Shown in pieces: positions 49,658 through 54,327 of a stretch of DNA of 54,327 bases; the first letter of the stretch is position 1; the number at the start of each line of letters is the position of its first letter. Both the position numbers and the translations under genes were made by a program. This DNA comes from Robiginitomaculum sp. (lineage in GTDB: Bacteria; Pseudomonadota; Alphaproteobacteria; Caulobacterales; Maricaulaceae): contig JAJFFR010000261.1 in NCBI GenBank assembly GCA_021776555.1, positions 1-54,327 of the forward strand. Direction: 5' to 3'. The notes under the pieces are model-generated. The model did not search any database. It was not told where the DNA came from and saw nothing but the letters and a program-made list of their open reading frames with translations.

Positions 49658-50494
49658 ATGAAACTAACAACATTTTTACTGGCTTTGACATTTTTGCTGC
49701 CTTTGGGCAGCGCCGCAGCCAGCGAGCTAAAACCATATGAAATGCCCAGAACACAGGTCGTGCCCATCCAAGACACCAAGTCTGATCGGCAATATGAGCT
49801 CTATATTCGATTGCCAGAGGGATATTCAGAAAATACTGAGACTAAATATCCCGTGATTTATACCACAGATGCGGTTTGGCACTTTGAGATGTTATCCGGC
49901 GCAACTGAATACTTGATGCCAAATGTTATTTTGGTCGGAATATCTTGGCAGAAAGATCTTGATGCGAATAGAGCGCACGCGAGCCGGTTTCGGGATTATT
50001 CGCTTGTGAAGGTGGAAGGCTCGAGGACCCCAAGAGGCGAGGCGAGCAATCATCTATCATTCATTCGCAAGGATGTGATCAAATATGTAGAAAAGCATTA
50101 TCGCGCGGACCCCGGCGAGCGTGCCTATTTCGGGTATTCTATGGGCGGTGCTTTTGGCGCATACATCTTGTTGGCAGAACCAACCACCTTCAAACATTAT
50201 ATTCTTGGCAGCCCTGCTTTTAATCAGCCTGATGCCAAATATATTGATGAGTTTGGGGCAAAAATGGCGTCCGAGCAACAAGACTTTGAAGCCAGTGTTT
50301 TTGTATCTATTGGCGAATTAGAAGAATCTGCGATGGGCGTCACGAAAAACCTTATGTCGGTGTTTCAGCGTCAGAATCAGGCAGGGCTTATGATTACTGG
50401 GCTTGAGATAATTGAAGATTCCGACCATGGAACCGCATTTCCTGAGACGACGATCCGAGGCATAAAATGGTTGTCACAACAGAAAAATGAGTAA
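49658..50494 (+). CDS. Secreted alpha/beta hydrolase (putative esterase, esterase D/IroE-like)
   Basis: ATG 49658 (MKLTTFLLALTFLLPLGSAAA signal). Nucleophile elbow GYSMGG. C-terminal DHG provides the His. Confidence 0.8.
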   Translation: MKLTTFLLALTFLLPLGSAAASELKPYEMPRTQVVPIQDTKSDRQYELYIRLPEGYSENTETKYPVIYTTDAVWHFEMLSGATEYLMPNVILVGISWQKDLDANRAHASRFRDYSLVKVEGSRTPRGEASNHLSFIRKDVIKYVEKHYRADPGERAYFGYSMGGAFGAYILLAEPTTFKHYILGSPAFNQPDAKYIDEFGAKMASEQQDFEASVFVSIGELEESAMGVTKNLMSVFQRQNQAGLMITGLEIIEDSDHGTAFPETTIRGIKWLSQQKNE

Positions 50495-50636
50495 TTTTCT
50501 ACACGTACGCAAGGATGACATATTGAAGCGCTTTCCCGTATCGATGGCTCTGATGCTCACCGCTTGGGTGGTGAGTGCCTGCAAGTCTACGGTCGGCCCC
50601 ATTTGACCTCAAATATCGAAAATTAATTAGCCTCAA

Positions 50637-50666
50637 ATACGGAAAAATACGGAAACATACGGAAAC
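50637..50666 (+). repeat. 10-bp tandem repeat x3 immediately upstream of a start codon
   Basis: atacggaaaa atacggaaac atacggaaac, followed by att and the ATG at 50670. Confidence 0.9.
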
Positions 50667-50669
50667 ATT

Positions 50670-51896
50670 ATGAACATCAATTTCAAACTCAAAAGTTTAC
50701 TCGCCGTCGCTCTATTAAGCGGTTGTAACAGCCTTGCCACAGCTGGCGTCGCAGAAGAAAGCGCCAAAGACACTAAAACCCTCGCGCCGGAGGTCACAGC
50801 CGCCGAGGCCGAGTTGCCATTCAGAGATATTCCGTATCTTGAGAACGCCTTTATCGATACAGCGCCTGCCGATAGAAAAGACGGTATCCTCGTGGGCAAA
50901 CTAGGTGTCGATGGTGGCAATAAAGACATGATTGTTAAGCTGGCTCAGGAGATCGCCGACGACAAGCACGGTGAATTCGACAGCCTGTTGATTGCACATA
51001 AGGGCAAGCTCATCTTTGAATCCTATTATAAGGTTGGCCGTATCAATCTGCCCCATTTCCAAGCATCAGCGACCAAAGCCTACACCAGCTTAGCGCTGGG
51101 CCGCGCAATCCAGTTGGGTTATCTGACCATGGCCGATCTGGACAAACCCGTGGTTAGTTTCCTGCAAGACCTGGACCCAACAAAATTCGCTGACGGCTCC
51201 GAGCGGATCACCCTGCACCAAGCATTGACCATGACCACGGGAATTCGCATCAGCGATGAAAAATGGAAAGAATTTGAGGATAATCCCGGCCCGTTAAAGG
51301 GCCAAGGTCTAGTTCAGACCATTTTTGAGCATAGTGCGCCTATTACCGCAGAGTCTCAGAGCTTTTTATATGGCACGGGTCCAATGTTGGTGATGACGGT
51401 CATTGAGGCTGTTGTGCCGGGGACGGCCGCAGACTTTATTAAAAACGAACTTCTCGGTAAAATGGGCATCACGAATTATAGCTGGCGGACTCACTATAAT
51501 GGCCTGCCGGAAGCTGGTTGGCGCACGAGGATGACATCGCGCGCTTTGGTTAAATTTGGCACCTTGGCCAGGGACAAAGGCAAATGGAATGGCGAACAGC
51601 TGATTTCAGAAGCCTTTGTCACCAAAGCAACCAGCAGGATCCTTTATACCGGCGATGATGATCCCTTTGGCGGCGGCAAAGATGTCTCTAATTATGGGTA
51701 TGGGTATTTCTGGTGGAGTGGAGATTTGAAATACGGCGATAAAAGCTATTTCAGCGCATCTGCTCAGGGAGGTATGGGCCAGTTTATCATTCTGATCGAG
51801 GAGCTTGATCTGATGGTTGTGACCACTGCTCACGATAGAGAGCCCAGTACCTTGCAGAAAACCGCAGAGAGAATTTTGCCAGCCTTTGTCCAATAA
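50670..51896 (+). CDS. Beta-lactamase-fold serine hydrolase (class C/esterase-like), lipoprotein, copy 1
   Basis: 408-aa ORF. Lipobox LLSGC. SxxK motif QASATKAY. Highly similar to 52936..54147. Confidence 0.85.
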   Translation: MNINFKLKSLLAVALLSGCNSLATAGVAEESAKDTKTLAPEVTAAEAELPFRDIPYLENAFIDTAPADRKDGILVGKLGVDGGNKDMIVKLAQEIADDKHGEFDSLLIAHKGKLIFESYYKVGRINLPHFQASATKAYTSLALGRAIQLGYLTMADLDKPVVSFLQDLDPTKFADGSERITLHQALTMTTGIRISDEKWKEFEDNPGPLKGQGLVQTIFEHSAPITAESQSFLYGTGPMLVMTVIEAVVPGTAADFIKNELLGKMGITNYSWRTHYNGLPEAGWRTRMTSRALVKFGTLARDKGKWNGEQLISEAFVTKATSRILYTGDDDPFGGGKDVSNYGYGYFWWSGDLKYGDKSYFSASAQGGMGQFIILIEELDLMVVTTAHDREPSTLQKTAERILPAFVQ

Positions 51897-51986
51897 GATT
51901 TAAATTCTTGGATGCTGTAGGGAACTGAATTTTCCTACATCAAGTGCGGATGCATGCAATTTATTGAAATCAAATAAGGGAAAATC

Positions 51987-52853
51987 ATGAAATCTATCTA
52001 CGCTTCAATGCTTCTACTATTTTCTATACTGTCGATAAGTAGCGGAAGTCATGCCCAAAATGAACCCCAAGTCCTCGAAGGCCCCTATCTCGGGCAAAAG
52101 CCACCGGGCGTAACGCCTGAAGTTTTTGCGCCCGGCATTATTTCCACAAAAGGGTGGGAATATGGCGTTGTCTTTGCCCCTAGTATGAAAGAGATTTATT
52201 TCATCAGAGAAATAGATGTGGAGACAGACCCAAAACAGGAATTCGTTGTTTTTGAGAATAAAGAGAACAGATGGCATGAGCGTGTGATATCGCCTCGGGT
52301 AGGTACACCAACGCTCTCTCCCGACGGCAAGTTTATGTATTTTGGCAGAAGCTATAAGGAACGGACCTCCGAAGGCTGGTCAGAGCCCAAAAGGCTTGGT
52401 CCCGATTTTGAAGATATTCGCATCATGCGTGTGACAGCTTCAGATAAGGGCACCATTTTCTTTGACGAAGCCAAGAACGATAGCACGCTCCGGTATTCGC
52501 GCATGGTGGACGGAAAGCGCGAAGCGCCCATGCCGCTTCCAAAAGAAATCAACACGGGTCAGTTCAATGCCCATCCCTTTATCGCGCCGGACGAGAGCTA
52601 TATCATCTGGGACGGCCAGCGCGAAAGCGCAGTGCGCAACGCCGACCTCTTTATCAGCTTCAAGAAACCCGATGGTAGCTGGGGCGAAGCGACCAAGTTT
52701 GGCGACACCATCAACACACGGTCGGCCGAGTTTGCGGCCTTCGTAACACCAGACGGCAAATATCTATTTTTCAACCGCAATATGGGTCCAGACAATACGG
52801 ACACCTTCTGGGTTGATGCACAAATTATTGAAGAATTCAGGCCCAAGCCATAA
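51987..52853 (+). CDS. Secreted PD40/TolB-like beta-propeller repeat protein, copy 1
   Basis: 288-aa ORF with a signal peptide. Repeated SPDGKFMYF, APDESYIIWD and TPDGKYLFFNR motifs. Confidence 0.7.
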   Translation: MKSIYASMLLLFSILSISSGSHAQNEPQVLEGPYLGQKPPGVTPEVFAPGIISTKGWEYGVVFAPSMKEIYFIREIDVETDPKQEFVVFENKENRWHERVISPRVGTPTLSPDGKFMYFGRSYKERTSEGWSEPKRLGPDFEDIRIMRVTASDKGTIFFDEAKNDSTLRYSRMVDGKREAPMPLPKEINTGQFNAHPFIAPDESYIIWDGQRESAVRNADLFISFKKPDGSWGEATKFGDTINTRSAEFAAFVTPDGKYLFFNRNMGPDNTDTFWVDAQIIEEFRPKP

Positions 52854-52935
52854 CTCTATAACAAAGACAAAGAGCGGTTCACTGTAAGCGCAGGTCTTAC
52901 CTTGCGTGGGTCTGGTTACAATCTGAAGGATTAAT

Positions 52936-54147
52936 ATGACTATCAATTTGAAGTTCAAAAGTTTAGTCGCCGTTGCTTTATTAAGCAGTTTTGGCAGCTT
53001 TGCCACAGCTGGCGTCGCAGAAGAAAGTGCCAAAGACACCAAAAATCTTGCGCCGGAGGCTACAGCCGCCGAGACCGAGTTGCCATTCAGAGATATTCCA
53101 GTTCTCGAAAAGGGTTTTTTCGACACGACACCAACAACCAGAGATGACGCTTTCCCAGTGGGCGAACTGGGCGTGGACGGCGGTAAAAAAGCCGGCATTG
53201 TAAAGTTGGCCCAGGAGATCGCTGACGGCAAGCACGGCCGCTATGACAGCCTGCTTATCACCCACAAAGGCAAACTTTTGTTCGAAAGTTATTACCTGCG
53301 TGGTCGCATCAATCTGGCCCACCCCCAAGCGTCAGCGACCAAATCCTACACCAGCTTAGCGCTGGGCCGTGTAATCGAGTTGGGTTATCTGACCATGGCC
53401 GATCTGGACAAGCCGCTGGTTAGTTTTTTGAAAGACTTGGACCCGACAAAATTTGTGGAGGGTGCAGAAAAAATTACACTCCATAAGGCATTGACCATGC
53501 GCTCGGGGCTTCGCATCAGTGATGAACAAAGAGAAGAATTCGAGAAAAATCCCGCTGGGTTAAAGGGCCAAGGTCAAGTTCAGGCTTTTCTCGCGCATAG
53601 CGCGCCTATTACTTTAGAGTCCCAAAGCTATTTATATGGCGGCGGCCAATCAGACTTGGTGATGCAAGTCATTGACGCCGTTGTGCCGGGTACGGCCAAA
53701 GATTTTATTAAAAACGAATTTCTCGACAAACTAGGCATCACGAATTATCGCTGGCAGACTGCCGTTAGCGGTCTGCCAGAAGCTGGTTGGCGCGTGAGTA
53801 TGACATCTCGCGATATGCTAAAGTGGGGCAGCGTGGTCCTCAATAAAGGCAAATGGAACGGCGAACAGCTTATTTCGGCAGAGTATCTCGCCAAGGCCAC
53901 CAGAGGGCTTGTTAAGCCTACGCAAGATTGGATGCCCGAAACCTATCGCTACGGCTACTTTTGGTATCAATCGCCTATAGCGGTTGGTGACAAAAGTTAT
54001 GATGCCACATTTGCTTGGGGCGGCGGCGGACAACGCATAATAGTGGTTGCAGATCTCGACTTAACTATTGTGATCACCGCTCATGACAGAGAAGACACAA
54101 TAATGGCTCAGGTTGCACAAACCATCATACCTGCGTTTGTTGAATAG
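52936..54147 (+). CDS. Beta-lactamase-fold serine hydrolase, copy 2 (no lipobox Cys)
   Basis: 403-aa ORF. AAGGA SD. SxxK motif QASATKSY. Collinear with copy 1 along its whole length, but the signal region reads LLSSFGSFATAG. Confidence 0.85.
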   Translation: MTINLKFKSLVAVALLSSFGSFATAGVAEESAKDTKNLAPEATAAETELPFRDIPVLEKGFFDTTPTTRDDAFPVGELGVDGGKKAGIVKLAQEIADGKHGRYDSLLITHKGKLLFESYYLRGRINLAHPQASATKSYTSLALGRVIELGYLTMADLDKPLVSFLKDLDPTKFVEGAEKITLHKALTMRSGLRISDEQREEFEKNPAGLKGQGQVQAFLAHSAPITLESQSYLYGGGQSDLVMQVIDAVVPGTAKDFIKNEFLDKLGITNYRWQTAVSGLPEAGWRVSMTSRDMLKWGSVVLNKGKWNGEQLISAEYLAKATRGLVKPTQDWMPETYRYGYFWYQSPIAVGDKSYDATFAWGGGGQRIIVVADLDLTIVITAHDREDTIMAQVAQTIIPAFVE

Positions 54148-54158
54148 GGGGCAAATCA

Positions 54159-54327
54159 TGAGATGTATTTTAGCTTCAACGGTTCTACTCCTTTCTGTAA
54201 TGGCTGTGAGTAGTTGCGGCCATACCCAGGATGAACTTCCAGTGCTTGAAGGCCCCTATTTTGGCCAAAAGCCGCCCGGCTCCACGCCTAAAGTATTTGC
54301 GCCTGGTATTGTTACGACAAAGGGTTG
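54159..54327 (+). CDS. PD40 propeller protein, copy 2 (5' fragment, runs off the window)
   Basis: Read by hand: MRCILASTVLLLSVMAVSSCGHTQDELPVLEGPYFGQKPPGSTPKVFAPGIVTTKG. This parallels the N-terminus of 51987..52853 (VLEGPYLGQKPPGVTPEVFAPGIISTKG). Confidence 0.75.

Noticed and set aside
50555-50575. Short hairpins after the esterase gene (ctcacc...ggtgag) and after hydrolase copy 1 (about 51913-51940, gtaggga...ttcctac).
   Set aside because: The stems are imperfect and no U-tail follows, so I do not call them terminators.

Overview
This 54.3-kb window looks like a gene-dense chromosomal segment from a Gram-negative, probably marine bacterium. An alphaproteobacterial origin is my inference only, based on AatA-type aspartate aminotransferase, a GTTC-N7-GTTC-like box at uvrB, and GIY-YIG-associated palindromic repeats. 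All calls come from reading the ORF translations and the DNA by eye; no searches were run, so family names rest on motifs I could see. I found no rRNA, tRNA, CRISPR array, transposase or integrase.

Gene content in order:
- 0.2-3.2 kb: secreted amidohydrolase and amidase.
- 3.2-5.3 kb: TPR-sulfotransferase and an Lrp regulator.
- 5.6-10.9 kb: two TonB-dependent receptors.
- 11.0-16.8 kb: a minus-strand array of BKACE, class-III aminotransferase, a possible glutamine-synthetase-like ligase, a short OvoA-like sulfoxide synthase, TetR and MAPEG.
- 17.0-19.2 kb: three exported proteins, including a permuted NlpC/P60-like protein.
- 19.3-22.4 kb: a LuxR-type response regulator and a 7TMR-DISM hybrid kinase broken by an in-frame TAG.
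- 22.5-35.1 kb: a long plus-strand run of exported or membrane proteins of unknown role. It holds a paralogous pair, DUF3604-like, PPIase-like and extended HupE/UreJ genes, then a tight four-gene operon.
- 35.2-38.4 kb: phnA, a fatty-acid desaturase and a DEAD-box helicase.
- 39.4-40.2 kb: a GIY-YIG nuclease gene bracketed by three copies of a complex palindromic repeat.
- 40.5-42.7 kb: uvrB, with an unusual Walker A substitution.
- 42.8-50.5 kb: Yip1-family protein, threonine aldolase, TetR, small membrane peptides, aspartate aminotransferase, HAD hydrolase and an esterase.
- 50.6-54.3 kb: a tandemly duplicated module of a beta-lactamase-fold hydrolase plus a PD40 propeller protein.

The best candidate for an undescribed system is the four-gene operon at 28.6-35.1 kb (coiled-coil vWA protein, triple-PPC protein, 4-TM protein, Cys-rich secreted protein). 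The second candidate is the ovoA-like/GS-like cluster.
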